From contig OX597815.1 of assembly GCA_951406725.2 (NCBI GenBank), positions 36,394,001-36,458,000 on the forward strand: a stretch of 64,000 nt of DNA, written 5' to 3'. The notes beneath the pieces were generated by a model that saw only the letters and a list, made by a program, of their open reading frames with translations, ran no database searches and was not told where the DNA came from. This DNA is from Octopus vulgaris (Eukaryota). A program made the translations under genes and the position numbers. Of the stretch, positions 1 to 13,567 are shown one piece after another (positions within the stretch are counted from its first letter, which is position 1; every line of letters begins with the position of its first letter).

Positions 1-1314
1 CTGTCTTCCACAGGATCTTGTTTTTAGAAATACCCAATAAGTTATGAATACCCAAATTGTGAAGTCCATTATGTAATAACCAAATGTGGAATTTCCTTGA
101 CCTCCCATAGCTTGCACTCGGGTGTCCAGGTCAAGTAATGCCTCATTGTAAATGGTGTTACTCAATGTGGCAATTTCCACTGAGGTTTGCCTTTGAATCC
201 TTTGTAAGATGTCCTCTGCCATGCTGGGTTTTTGGATCGCCCAAAGCTTGTGAGGTTCACGAAAGCCACATGTCATCAACATAACAGAAAATAGCTGGTG
301 CAGTTGACTTAGTGCTCTGCTGACTGCTGTTTCCTCCAGTGTCTGGTCCCAGTAAGCATTGTCCCCCAGTAGCCTATGTTTGGTGCAGGCTTCTCTATAG
401 GTCTTGCAGACTTCACATTGTGTCTTCGAAAGTCTGTGAACGATGCAGGACCTCTGACAATGTGTAGCAGTAGATGCAGAAAGAAACACTCCTTACTGAT
501 TAGGATGCACAGTGTACATCTGCCCAATGACCTGACTTCTGAAGACAGCTTCTTCTTCCCAACCCTCAATGCATGTTCCTTGCTTACATCTGTTCCATCT
601 GTTGTGTGCCCAGGTATAGTACATGGAGACGTCTACATACAACAATGTTTGGACAAGCAGATCACATTGGCAAAATTTGAAGAAAGCTGTCAAAGTGGTT
701 TCTAGTAGATTCAGATCTACGTTTCAAGCATTGTCTTCTGTGAAATATACACACTGACCATTTTTAAGATGTACAGATAGATTTTAAGGTGTTCCTACAT
801 GTAAACAGTGTGTGACCTTTGTGTTGACAGTGTATTTGTCTAAAAGCAGAACAGTTCTTCATACAGTGCTTGTCAATTGGCTGAAGGGGTATGAAAGGCA
901 TTGTCATTCATGGTATATTTGTGAATAAGTCACCAACCGAAATAAGTGGATCTATTGTTTAGGAAAATACTATTTACTTGTTTAAGGGCCGTACTGGATA
1001 AATTGCAAAAATAACTAACTGTTCAAATACTAAGAAATACACATACTCAATTTGATTTATACGAAGTAATATAGGACAATGAATGGGTTACTTCCCTTCG
1101 ATGTTAAAAAAAATATATGTTATATATAAGGATCCCATCCAGGGGCCCTATTATCGACTTTTTCAACAATCTGAGTATATCATGAAACACGGGTTCTACT
1201 CACGTGTCAAGTTTCATCAAAACCTATAAAACGATGTAGGAGGAGTTGGCTGACAACTCCGCAAACAAACACACCCACAGACAGAATTTCCCATATATGT
1301 AGTAGATATATAGA
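1..1314 (-). mobile_element. Internally deleted, decayed Helitron (RepHel remnant plus 5' terminus); continues beyond the left edge
   Basis: Minus-strand translation across stops/frameshifts gives LSVHLKNGQCVYFTEDNA, ETTLTAFFKFCQ..TLLYVDVSMYYTW..IGQMYTVHPNQ, ECFFLHLLLHIVRGPASFTD, YREACTKHRLLGDNAYWDQTLEE, SQLHQLFSVMLMTCG..PHKLW and SMAEDIL..IYNEALL, the conserved region between the Rep and Pif1 domains of Helitron RepHel. A 5'-TC terminus (A|TCTATATATCTACTAC..GTCTGT) lies upstream on the same strand at 1314. Confidence 0.88.
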
Positions 1315-1888
1315 TAATACATACAGTAGTGGACTTGGTCAAAAAATATTGGTTGCCAGGAGACTGAGGGGGCCCACCTGCAACTACAATGCTATCATTG
1401 AATTTTTTTGTAATGTTAAAAGAATTCCTTTCAACTGTCTACAAACACAGCCAGGCTGAAATAATTAATGTATTCTGCCGCAGTGAGTAAAAAATTCTCA
1501 AACTTGAGGGGATGGGTCCCTTTACATACTAACATAATACCCCACATATAGATTCTAATGGCACAGGGGCTCACTTGCCATTGGGCAGGCTAGCAACCCG
1601 GCCAGCCTACGACTAAATAAATATATATATATATATATATATAATCTTTTTACTCAGGGACTAGAAGACCCAACACCATATCGGTGCACACTCAAAGCGG
1701 TGATCAGTAATTTTATGAAACCGGTATGCCTTTGAATCTCTTTAACAATTCACAATAATGACTTTTATTACCTTTATTCCTACCTCAGTTCATCTAATTG
1801 TATATATGCATCGTTACTTTTCATAAAAAGCCTTTACTTTTTTTGATTTCCAATGTGCATATTCGCTTATTTTTCTTCTTACTTTCCC

Positions 1889-1932
<44 letters not shown>

Positions 1933-2112
1933 GTCAACGAATTACAGACATAACTAAATATATCCCCAATGGGTGTTATATATTTTTGATAACATAATAG
2001 ACTAGATAGGATGATGTCTATGTTACAATATTACAATAACCAATAATATGTTGTGCATGATAGTAATATTACGATCATAAAATTAGCATTAGCTTATCTC
2101 ACTCTTTCTTGC

Positions 2113-2154
2113 AGAACCCTAGGGTTCCGGAGAACCCCAGTTGAGAAACGCTGC
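2113..2154. mobile_element. Terminus of a hAT-like MITE
   Basis: GAACCCTAGGGTTCCGGAGAACCCCAGTTGAGAAACGCTG: subterminal palindrome plus a CAGYGTTTCTCAAC-type TIR. The partner end was not located. Confidence 0.4.
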
Positions 2155-2249
2155 AGTATAGGGATGAGTAATGGGTTGGTGTATTTCACACTTGTCCAAA
2201 CTATGCTAAGATAACTATGTTAAATGAACCAATGAGGTAGCCACCACAT

Positions 2250-2900
2250 GGACAGACACAGTGCTTGATATTCTTAGCAGTGAACTTTCTTTAAAATCAC
2301 ACATCTTGGAAAGGTCATGTTGGAGAACAGGGTGCTGGGTTCTCTGTGACATAAGAAAATGATGGGATAGTCATGGCTGGAGTGCCTTTAATCACGGACC
2401 TATTACGTTAGTGATGACCTCAAACTAAACAACAACATACATTAAAATGACAGGATGGTGACGATGACGGTAATGATGACAATGATGGTGGATGATGATA
2501 ATAGTGATGATGATGATGGTGGTAAAACAGTACAACCAAGGTTAACTAACAGATGTGTATATGTAATAAATATTGTAAACAAGTAAGGATGTATATAAGC
2601 CAACTATGTAACCAAACCTTAACATTAATGTTTCCAATGGAGAGAGAGGGGTTGTGTTCAGTATAACTGATTTGCACTCTGAATGCCAAAGTCACCCTTA
2701 ACCACTGAAGTAGAAGATTATCTTCAAAAGGGTTTCGTTTGTTATATCAGACAGAACCCTCTACAATGAATAGATATTCCTTTCACAAATCACAAGGAAG
2801 AGTAGAACTTGTTCTCAAGAGATAAGACATGATTGGAATGCCTTTAACCACAGGTCTTCTCGAACAGGCTTGACCTGGGGCTAAACAACCACACCAGCAA
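2250..2900 (+). repeat. Two decayed copies of interspersed repeat family E (SINE-like)
   Basis: Shared blocks aaatcacac..gtcatggctggaatgccttt..ctgacctggggctaaacaacaac. The same blocks recur at about 18480-18620(-), 33730-33850(-), 36930-37100, 40250-40650, 42600-42690, 44400-44600(-), 45050-45250(-) and 52130-52570. Confidence 0.65.
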
Positions 2901-4164
2901 CAGTTCCCTAAAATTCTTCCACCCCATTCTCAAAATAGCTACTACACTTTTACCACTTCTCTTCCTCTGGGATCTAGGTCAGGAAATCACATTAGTACAC
3001 TGGGTTACATTAAGTAGAGCTCTATTTCACTGATGGTCTACTGTATAAATAAAGATATTGCTGTTGTTTTATTGTTGTATATGAAATAGCTGAGTGGGTA
3101 TGGTATTTATTGGACTGAGTAACAGCTAAATGTTCTTTGAGTTCAATTTGCTGGTAGTGTTTTGTGATGCATTGTGGAAAGTACATTAAATTTTATACAT
3201 GTCTCAGTGTGTCATGAGAGAAAATTACAATCAGATTACAATCTAAAGATCAATGGTTTGTATCTTATCTTCAAGCTTGTGTCCTGTCACTGTACCATGT
3301 GACGTTTTCATGCTCGACTTAACTCTCACAGATTTAATTAGCTTAGTTATGGACAGGTAAAAATTGCTGTTAGAAGGAACAAAAATACAAGCCGCAGGGA
3401 GTGTACACGAAGAGCTTTGTAAAGAAGGTACAGCTGAGTGCAGAAGATTGGTAATAATAGCTAAAGAGAAGAAAAAATTTTTTTATGTGTAAGTTTCCAA
3501 TGAATGGTGTTTTTCTCTTTTAGAATGTAATCAAGAAGAAAAATGTAATACTTAAAAACCCTCTGAGGAGGTCTTTGATGAGACTGATATTATTGATGTT
3601 TAGTTTTAGTTTGGACATTTGTAAGTCAATGTTTATAGGAAAAATTGTGGACAGGAAAGTAATTCCTGAGGATTAACATTCAGGAAAGCAAGTATTATTA
3701 AGTTAGTAAAGAGATCTGAGAAATGAGTGTCAAGAAATAAGATAGCATTGTCGATAAGAGGAGAAGAGTATGGGTATGTTGGGTAGAGTAGTATGCGACT
3801 AGCTAGTTCAAAGGAGCAATAGCTGTTGTAGCAAAAGAAGCAGAGTGAGGAGACAGTGTACCAGTATTAGAGTAAGTTCTGGCCAATCAACTAAATAGCC
3901 TTTTCTTTTTTTTTAATATTTTTATGCAGTCTAGAATGTTTATGTGTGTTACAGCAGCACTGTTGCAACCAAAATAGAAGGGAGGCAATATTATTCCATT
4001 AGGAAATTTGAAGTGAATGTTGATTCGGTCATTCCTTCAAGTCAGAAAAAGCTACAAGAAATTTGGAAATGTTGTTGAGATAAACTGGTATCTTATCCAA
4101 AGAAAGATCAATTTTCTAATTTCCTGAAAGTCACAGAGTTAGATATAAACGCCACCCCTTCAAA

Positions 4165-4415
4165 GTTCTTAGATGTTTAAGGAACAGTTAGAATTAGCAG
4201 AGCCATTAGAATGTAAAACAAAATGTTTTGCAGTATTTGTTCCAGATTACTGTATTCTGACTTCAGATCCTACCATAGCTGACATTGCTCTTCATTCTTT
4301 TTGGGTCAATAAAATAAAGTACAAGCTTAGCATAGTGGCTTCACAGAATATTTAAAGCACTGGACAAAATGCCTTGTGATTTTTTGGTAGCTCTTTGTGT
4401 TTTGAGTTCTTGGAA
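4165..4415 (+). mobile_element. Decayed family B SINE copies
   Basis: gcagagccattagaatg..gtattctgacttcagatcc..ttcattctttttgggtcaataaaataaagtac matches the family B head and body. Confidence 0.55.
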
Positions 4416-5014
4416 GTAGCTTTAACCTGCTGACCAGTTTAACACCACCATCTGCTCTTTGGGTGTCTTTAACAGAGTTCTTGCTTTTGCAAGCATCCAG
4501 GCCAGGTCCCCAATAAGGTAAATCTCTCCCTTTCTTCTAACAGTCTTGGAAACCCTGAAAAGTAATGGCCATGGACATTACCCTTGACTTTTTGGTTAAA
4601 CAATAAGATAAAAATTATACTTTATTGTCATTGATCAATCCTATGCAGTTTTGTCTGCTTCAGTACATCTGTGGCTTGGAAATAGCCATTTCTAGAACTG
4701 ATTGAAAGATACTTTAGATATAGTCATCTGAAGCATGCTCTTCAGATATAAAATAATACATACTATTAGGACTGCCATGCCACCAAAAACAGGATATTTT
4801 TTTTTACTTTCTTGTACCATGTTTCTGGTAATAATATCTTTTAATTTAAACTGCTATGTGGTCACTTTATCAGCTAAAATAGCAGTTAAATCTCTTTCAA
4901 ATTCCATCTGGAGTTTGTTTGGGGAATTCAAATTTATATTACTGCAAATAACCACAGAGACTCTCTCACAAAATAACTATGTAGTTGCATGTAAGTAGAT
5001 GCATGTATAGCATG

Positions 5015-5016
<2 letters not shown>

Positions 5017-5077
<61 letters not shown>
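5017..5077. repeat. (TG)n(AG)n compound microsatellite
   Basis: Directly visible. Confidence 0.97.
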
Positions 5078-5080
<3 letters not shown>

Positions 5081-6469
5081 GGGAAAGAGAATATGAGAAG
5101 TTTATTTTTAGTTTACTGAAACAAAAGGATACTCAATATTTTGAGCTATACATCCATAAAGTTTAATATTTCAAACGTATCATTACACATATGAATACAC
5201 ATTACATATAATCATTATATAGATATGTGTAAAAGAAATATGTGTGTATGTATTTAAGTGTGTGTAAGTGTATGATGATATAGCTTAACTGTCAAGTGAA
5301 TACATCTGCAATAAGCAGGCTATGTGCAACATCTGTTAGTAATATGTGATTCTTCAACATTTTATATCACTCATCACAATAAGGCAGACTGTGGAAGGAA
5401 TCACAGAATTAAGAATCAAAAAGAAAAATTCTACATGTATGTCTTTGCTCACTGATATTTTTAGAAATACAATTTCAAAGACTTTCTGAAAAGAATTTTC
5501 GTAACACACACAGATGCTGATTCCTAACATCTTAACAAGGATATTGACAAAGCTATTTAAACATATTTGGAGAACATGGGAGCAAATCAGGGGGAAGTGG
5601 GGGAAAACAACAAAGTAATTAAATTCAAAAAGCAAATATTTCCTATTGTCTTGAATGTTTTTGCATCCTTTAGTGAATGTTTTACATAAGTGTATTTCTG
5701 AAAGCTGTGTGCATATATATGTGAATATTCAATGACATGGCTATCTTTTGATAGGCAAAAATCCTCTGAATTAAAGGTGCACAAAGATAGAGTTTGTTGG
5801 TAAGATGAATATTTGGAGTTAAAGCTTCAAGAAGACAAATGGTTGAATCAAGCAAAGAATTTTTAATTAAACATTTCAATTTTATAACACCTCTTGGTTT
5901 GTCCTTCTTTCATAATTATCTCTCTCTCCTATCTATCATTTCTTCTTTCTCACATAGTGAGATGTGTGTGATGCATCACCATTCAATAAGTAAAAATCTC
6001 TTGGCTAAAACTACTTGAGACAACCACACATATCTGACCAACACTCAAATATGTTCACACTGATAACCAATGCTCCTATCCTCACAATCATACTAGATGG
6101 TGATTAGCCCATGTGTCAGTATCTTCTTGTATCATACATTTTCCAACAGTACACTCACAATCCTCTTACTGCCACACGATGAGCACGGTAGTGTTATGGA
6201 GAGACATAGTTGCTCAGCCTAGGATGCTAATGATATAGAAGAGAATAATTTCATTATCATCATTTTTTATTACTGATTATTTAGAGATTCATGAGGTAGC
6301 AATACTTCTATACTGCACACACATGTACTCTGCTCTCCTCTTGCTCCAATATTGAAAAATATATTAGAGCAAGAGAAAAATATTTAGAAGAGTATTAACT
6401 GAATAAAACCTGATCCAGCTTAAACGGGTCTGTAGTTGAGTTGAGAGCACCCTATCTAGTGTTGATCAT

Positions 6470-6690
6470 TATAATCATCATCATTGTCAGATGTTTGTTT
6501 TCTATGCTGGTATAGGTTGGATGGCCTGAAAGGGTCCAGTGAGCTGATAGGCTATGTCAAGCTCCAATGTCAGCTTTGGTGTGATTTCTACAGCTGGATG
6601 CCCTTTCTAAGGCCAACCATTTTACAGTGTAATGAGTAGTTTTCATGCCACCAGCACAAGCGAAGTTGCCAAGCAACTTGCAATGCAAAT
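6470..6690 (-). mobile_element. Decayed family C element
   Basis: catcatc..tttctatgctggtataggttggatgg..tttctacagctggatgccctttctaaggccaacca matches family C. Confidence 0.7.
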
Positions 6691-7739
6691 AGAAAGAAAG
6701 GAACAAGAAGGAACAAGGGGGGGAAAGGAAAATTAAGGAAAAAAACCTCCTCAACTATATAGGGAGGGGGTAGTATTTAAAAGTAATAGGGTTCTATGTC
6801 AGGTATTGGGAGGCTTGAGCATGATGCAAAGACAAAGCTGAATAATTGGAAAGCTGGAAAGACAGAAGTAGTGGTGGGATGCTGGAGCATCTCAAAATAC
6901 AGTGGATTGGGGAGAAGGGATAGGAGTACATGTAACAAGTGATGGAAAGAGATATAGGAGTGGATTGGGGTGAAAAGGCATTGACAGTGAAAGTAGATAA
7001 GAGAGGTGTTAGGAATGGAGTATAGCAGAAAAGAGTAACAGCTGAAGGCAGAGAAGGAGGTGATTGGTGGAATTAGGGCAGGCAATGAGAAATGGAAATG
7101 ATACAGGTGAGAGAGAGAGCGAGATGTATTATGTGCCTAGTCTGCTCTCAAGTGATTTCAGAAGTCTTAGAGAAGTGATGGGTGTAAGGGGATGAGATGT
7201 GGGGGAAGTGCTTGACAGGGCAAGGACAGTGCTCCACATGTACAAACATAACTAAGGTACTTTTAGGACATCACTTCATGCTGTGAAGTGTTGGTGATGG
7301 AAAGAGCATCTGGTTATAAAAACCCTGCCTAATTAATGACACAACAGTAGAGCTGGCTGGTATTTCTCTATTGCTGTGTGTGCCTGATGTGGAAATACTG
7401 TGGTGGGCAGTGAGGAGATACTGTGTGACCTGTCCAACCCATGTTAGCCTGGAAAAATGGACAAATGATGATGGTAACAGATAATATTGTGCAACAGTAA
7501 TTTCTCAACAAACTGAACCTACGACTTCAAACGAAACAGTCATAGTGATGTGGTGATTTATCTCCCTTTTGTTTCCACATAGGTATTTAAGATGGCAGCA
7601 GGAAATGTAGCAGGTGTTTTACAATGACTAAGCACTGAGAAGTGTAGAGCAGAATAAGCTTTACAGTGGTAGCAGTTATCACCCAAATATTTTTACTAGT
7701 GCAGCTTGCAATGGTACAATCTGGATTCAATGGTAAATT

Positions 7740-10250
7740 CTGTGAAGCAACTACTGACTGCTTAGCAAGGAATTATACACAGAATGGTTACAAGACTTAG
7801 ATACTTAAACTCTCTAAACATATCTGCCAAAAATGAAGCAAAGTCTTATTGTGTTTTTATCATTACTGTCTAATGAAGGTATCTGTGACCTAGAACCTGC
7901 AGATGTTGGTAAAGACACAGGTCTTAAACTTATAACAGATAAACATGATAAAATTTACTTTCATGATGAGAATACAAGGAATTCTATTCTTACAGACTTA
8001 CTTCAGGTACCAGTATCAATAACCTTCTTGTGAATTTTTCAGTCAATTGTTACCAAAATTTTGAACTTTTTACTTGAAGGTACCCAAGCCATTTTGGGAA
8101 GAAAATGAATAGTTAGTTACATGTATTGCTGTAGTATGAAGCCATGCAAATTACTATCATAAGAAACCATGAAGTTATCAACAAAGTATTTAGAGATATT
8201 TCGTCACATGAGGGTGTAATACTATCATGAAAATCTGAACAAAAAACTTTCAACTACTACAGGTCTAGTAAGAAGGAAGGTAAATAATTTTACAGAGGAA
8301 ACTATTAATCTCATTGTGGTTGTAAGTCAAATGCTATGGTCAGTGAAGACAGAGACTGTCATATAAAAGAAATTATTGTTATAGTGGAATATAATCAGAT
8401 ACACATTACTATTCAACACTGAAGCACCTTATCAAAAACTGCTTTAACCCTTTTGTTACCAAACCGCCCAAAGCCGCCCCCCAAAAATTTTGGTTAATGT
8501 GACCAAACCGCCCAAAGCCGCCCGAATTTACCTATTCATATTTAAATGAGAATATCAGAGCAAATCTCTTTAGTACATTCGTGAAAACACATGATTATAC
8601 TTCGTAAACAGTTCATCTACAGTTTTGTACAACGATCAATGTGTAATTTTAATTCCCTGAATTTTGGGAGATTTTTTCCACATTTTTTTCGGCATCGATT
8701 TTTCTTCAACTTTGAAAATGGATTGGAGTTTCATATTATCAAGCATTGATTCCGAATTGGAAAATTTGTGAAGCAAATACTGGGTACTGTTGTGGATTTA
8801 ATTTTTATACAGGGAAACTAATGTTAGTCAGCATGGCTTAGGGTATGATGTGGTCTGGAAGTTATTGTTTGAAGCGATCAATGCGGAAACAAACTTACGC
8901 AAAATGTAAACAAACACAAAATGGGGGTTCAAATTTCAGAAAATTTGTGAAGCAAATACTGGGTACTGCGTGGATTTAGTTTTTATACAGGGAAAATAAT
9001 GTTAGTCAGCATGGCCTAGGGAACGATGTGGTCTGGAATTTATCACTTCCATACCATAACCAGGGCCGTATATTATTTTTTGACCGATTTCTTTAGTTCG
9101 GTCAAACTTGCGGTGGATTCCAGTATTTCACTTTATTCCACCTTTATGGTACACCTGTTGTGCATTAAGTTCAACTGATGATATAGTGATGTGCACAATT
9201 CTTCTTTATCAAAATTTTGTTGCATACCCATTTGAATATTAGCTGATGATTCATTTTCTATGGAGATGTTTAAACAAAATTTTAATATTTTTACCTTTTG
9301 CTCAATTTACCTGGATTTACCTTTTGAGACAAAAGTTATGCAATAGAATTGATTAAGAACCCTTTCTTTAATTATGTTCCAAATATCACATTAATATGTT
9401 GATAAGTAAAAAAGTTACAGTTATTTAATGAAACAAGCCTAGATTCATGATTATTTTAGAATTTAATTGAAACTCATGAGGGGTGTATTTTGGTCAGAAA
9501 TATAGTAACGAAAGGGTTAAGAAATACTGTTCAAAACCAAAGATACTAATTATTGAATGATAGAAAGATGTCTTCCCTTGTGAAAGAATTGTTTGGAATA
9601 GCAGTGTAGATACTGCCTATGCTAGAACAGTTATCAGAGAAGTCAGGATAGAAGTGTTTTTAGATACATGGAGAGAGTAACCAACAGTATGTTTCGCAAA
9701 GATACCCTTCCTAGCAATCATAGGCATCATCAGTTATTATAATTCACTAGTTTTAACTGTCATCCAGTTTAACATTTTCACCTGGCCCTTGGGTGACTTT
9801 AGCAGAGTCCTTTTTGTTGCAGCTAGTCTGAGAATAACATCTACTTTTACTTCCAACTAGTCTTGGAGGTTCTGGAATCAGGTGCTTCACACCTTCTGCT
9901 CTTCCTATCCATTGTTAATGAGTTTAACATAAGATGGACAGGGATGCACTAGCCACTTGTAGCATCTCATAATTAGAGCAAGAACTCAGATCCAAAGGTA
10001 AAAATGATCAAGAAAATTTCAGAATAGTCTGAGGTTGAATACTATATAGCAACTTCATGTTGTTTTCTCTCAGTCCTACTGTAAGCCAACAATTATGCAC
10101 AGAGACATAATCTTCATAGTGATGAGTACCTATCAACAACATCTATTAACAGCTAAGCTGAATGAGCTAGGAAGAGTTAACAGAGTTGTGTATGAAGACA
10201 ATATAGTAACAACACAAATCATTGACTTTCGGCAAGTGATTTTCTCCCCA
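7740..10250 (+). mobile_element. Decayed LTR retrotransposon (gag, protease and start of a Copia-like RT), interrupted by a piggyBac element
   Basis: YTEWLQDL..KQSLIVFLSLL..DLEPADVGKDTGLKLITDKHDKIYFHDEN resembles the gag N-terminus of invertebrate LTR elements. After the piggyBac insertion, MSSLVKELFGIAV/VDTAYARTVIREV..FLDT (9568-9670) resembles the aspartic protease D-T/S-G motif region. TAKLNELG..VYED (10150-10200) resembles the start of a Copia-type RT. No LTRs were found. Confidence 0.55.
8448..9516 (+). mobile_element. Non-autonomous piggyBac element (internal deletion derivative)
   Basis: TTAA at 8444-8447 and 9517-9520. TIRs CCCTTTTGTTAC..GTAACGAAAGGG. Subterminal direct repeat ACCAAACCGCCCAAAGCCGCCC occurs twice. 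Internal transposase scraps: WKICEANTGYCCGFNFYTG and KWGFKFQKICEANTGY..HGLGNDVVWNLSLPYHNQGRILFFDRF. Confidence 0.92.
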
Positions 10251-10638
10251 TTATCTATTTGGCTAATTGAGATTCTATAAGGTACAGTAGAACTAACTTA
10301 TGGCTCCTTGAAGTTATAACTATATTCCTGCTAATCCCTGATCAAAAAGGGGATCTGACTGAACATTTGGCTGTAATCCAAAGACCTAGCAATAGATAAT
10401 TTAATGCTTTCATCTTGTTTAGGAGTGTACTTATAAATCCTAGTGATTATGTTGAATTTTTTACCATAAAACCAACATTCTGGTTGTTATATAACCAACT
10501 TTCCATTCTTGTTCCTTCAGGCATATTGAGCTTCACAATATATTTATTTAATTTTTATAATGCTAAAAGTTAGTTCGAAAGAGACTACACTGCTATTGCT
10601 AGCAGGCTGAACAATTGCATCCAACCTTCTTTATTGAC

Positions 10639-11055
10639 TTACTCTCTTTACTCTTTTACTCTTTTACTTGTTTCAGTCATTTGACTGCGGCCATGCTGGA
10701 GCACCACCTTTTAGTCGAGCAAATCAACCCCGGGACTTATTCTTTGTAAGCCCAGTACTTATTCTATCGGTCTTTTTGCCGAACCGCTAAGTGACGGGGA
10801 TGTAAACACACCAGCATCGGTTGTCAAGCAATGCTAGGGGGACAAACACAGACACACAAACACACACATACATATATATATATATACATATATATACGAC
10901 AGGCTTCTTTCAGTTTCCGTCTACCAAATCCACTCACAAGGCATTGGTTGGCCCGGGGCTATAGCAGAAGACACTTGCCCAAGATGCTACGCAGTGGGAC
11001 TGAACCCGGAACCATGTGGTTGGTTAGCAAGCTACTTACCACACAGCCACTTCTG
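10639..11055 (-). mobile_element. tRNA-derived SINE family A, full length
   Basis: A-box TGGCTGTGTGG and B-box GGTTCAGTCCC head, internal (TA)n/(TG)n tract, and 3' CCAGCATGGCCGCAGTCAAATGACTGAAACAAG(TAAAAGAG)n tail. Nearly identical to 43130-43545. Confidence 0.93.
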
Positions 11056-12619
11056 ACTGTTTTGTTAATTTACAAGTATCAAGTCAAATATGCTCACAGA
11101 GCTAAAGAAGGCAACAAAAACCTCCTGGCAATTTATGTAACATAGTTCATCTTGTTCAAAAGAAGCTAATTTATACCATTTTTATTGCAAAACACCTTAA
11201 TTGCTCAAGATTGCCATTACTGCTGATGTAGATTTATGAGAGGAAAATAAGTGATAAAAACTTAATTATTTAATATTGATGTCAAATGTTAAAGACATAA
11301 AATACTATCAATGCTAGACAAGGCAGGTTGGGATGAACATGAGATTAGGGAGCATGACAAACTAGCCCGATAAACAACCTGATGAAATGCTGACTGCTCT
11401 TTGATAAGATGGAAATTAGTGCCCAAACTAATCAAGAAAGATGAGTGGCAATATACAGGAGACTAATTAGGTAACATTTTGCCAGCCTATCACACAAAGG
11501 TGATGGCCTAGTATTGTAATGAATTTTATTATATCATTAAACTGTCTCTTAAAACATCTACCACCCACCTCTACTACCAACACCAATAACTATGTGAGAC
11601 ACCAAATCAGATACTTTAAAGGTTTATTTAACTCAACACCTAGACATCTAGAAGTTATGCAAAGATGTAAAAAATTGTTTATTAATTATGAAGTGAATCA
11701 ATTCTATTATTTATAATCAGTAAAGAATGAAAATTAGTCTCAACTATGTAGACTTTTCCTACAGATCCAAACAGGTAAGAAGATGAAATAACAATAATAA
11801 TAAAAATAAATTTTTCTTTGGCACCCATGGTTACCATTTTATTTTACGAGTGACAACTGAGTTAAAGTCAGTCATAAATACCTGTGTTATTTCTTTTATA
11901 TATTAGACTTAGTGACAGAAAGCATCATTGATGATAGGTCCAAGCAAGCCAATTGTAGGTTCACTGTATATTTGACAGCGAGAAAGATAAAAGAATATCT
12001 AACTGAATATGGAACAACTTAAACTTCATTTGTAAATCATCAATCTTTTGACTTTTTTGTTGATGTTTATGTCTTTTCTCAATATACATTAGCAAAAGAT
12101 ATATACATACATTTTATTTATATATATCATCACCACCACCATTCACTTTTCCATGCTTGTATGGGTTAGACAAAATTCACTATGACAGATTTTCTAGGGT
12201 CAGATGCCTTTCCTTTTACCTACTTCCATTTTTTTTCCAGGCAGCATAATATTTCCCCCCTGGTCTTTCAAATATGAAAGCAGATCACAAAAGGTTGCAA
12301 ATGAATCACACCACTTGTATGACGGTGATATTAGATGACAAATATCGCACAATGTCAAAAAAAGGAAATGAATACATATGCATGAGCATGGACACAGACA
12401 GACACACACACACACATTACTTCTTAATTACAAAATGACATTCTTTATAGACATCACAGCATAATCTTTCTTGCATGTTATATGCAATTTCTCTTATCGC
12501 CAGTTTCTCTTTCAATTCATGTATACTAAACATTATACATCCAGTAGTACATATTTCCATCATTTATTTCTAGCCATTACCAATATTCTGTATTTTAAAA
12601 TCCATATCTTGCTACAATG

Positions 12620-12784
12620 CAACAACAGGCATCATGCAGTCTTCTCTTTAACTGTAAAGAGAAACTCCTTTTTATCATACACTGTTCGCTTTCCAGACAT
12701 TTGTACATTACCGCATATACTTTATACGCACTTCTGACAAGTTGTGGTGCACCTGAGCACTGTATACAACAATTTCATTATTAT
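12620..12784 (+). mobile_element. 3' end of an (ATT)n-tailed LINE-like element
   Basis: GTTGTGGTGCACCTGAGCACTGTATACAACAATTTCATTATTAT recurs at 27966-28013(+) and 63405-63465(-). Assignment to CR1/L2 is inference. Confidence 0.65.
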
Positions 12785-13567
12785 CAGAAAAGTAATAGCT
12801 CCCTGAGCTTTATTCCACCTCATTCTTACTCTTGCTACAATGCTTTTGGTACATCCACCCCAACTGTTAATTGCATTACATTTTACATCTCCTGAATTCT
12901 ACTCACAGACTATAATAGAAGATGCCTATTCAATGACTAATAACAGAAATTAAGGAAATGAACTTAAATTGCATGAAAAGCCTTAAAATATCTACCAAAA
13001 GAAGTAAATGGTGAGAAAAATGGATGGACAATTGAGGAAACAAAGACACAACAAGAATAGAAGACAGCTTTATAAAAGGTGAATTTGGATAGATTCTATT
13101 AAACAGATAAACAGAAAGATTTAGTCACAGATAATGAAAGCAGGATACAATAGGTTTATAATATTAAACAGGCTACCCCCCCCCCCCAAAAAAAAAAATT
13201 AACACAGGACTAAAGGAAGCAAACAAAAAACAGTATAAAAGACTGTGTAGGTACTTTCATGTTTTACAAGGGAAGGAAATAAGAATGGAATATTGAAAAT
13301 GCATCATGGTCTTTGATCTTTGAAAAAAAGAGACACTCTGCCACAATAGAGAGGAACTTAAACAGAAACTCAGAACCCAAAACAACCAAAATTAGAAAAC
13401 TTAAAACAAAAGATTAGAAAATAAGGAACTATGTTCCACAGAGTAAATAATGAGATAAGCAGGAACTGGAACAATACAAATGTCATAATAAATTATGAAC
13501 AACGCCGCCACCACTGGCAATAATAATAATAACAACAACAACAACAACAACGGCAACAATAATAATG

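Noticed and set aside
1325-1615. Possible MITE with CAGT..ACT ends
   Set aside because: The terminal inverted match is too imperfect and no TSD could be identified.
10831-11145. Recurrent similar ORFs (RLPNPLTR.., DGLLSVSVYQ.., FLQLDALPNANH..) as a gene family
   Set aside because: They are translations of SINE families A and C at each copy, not genes.
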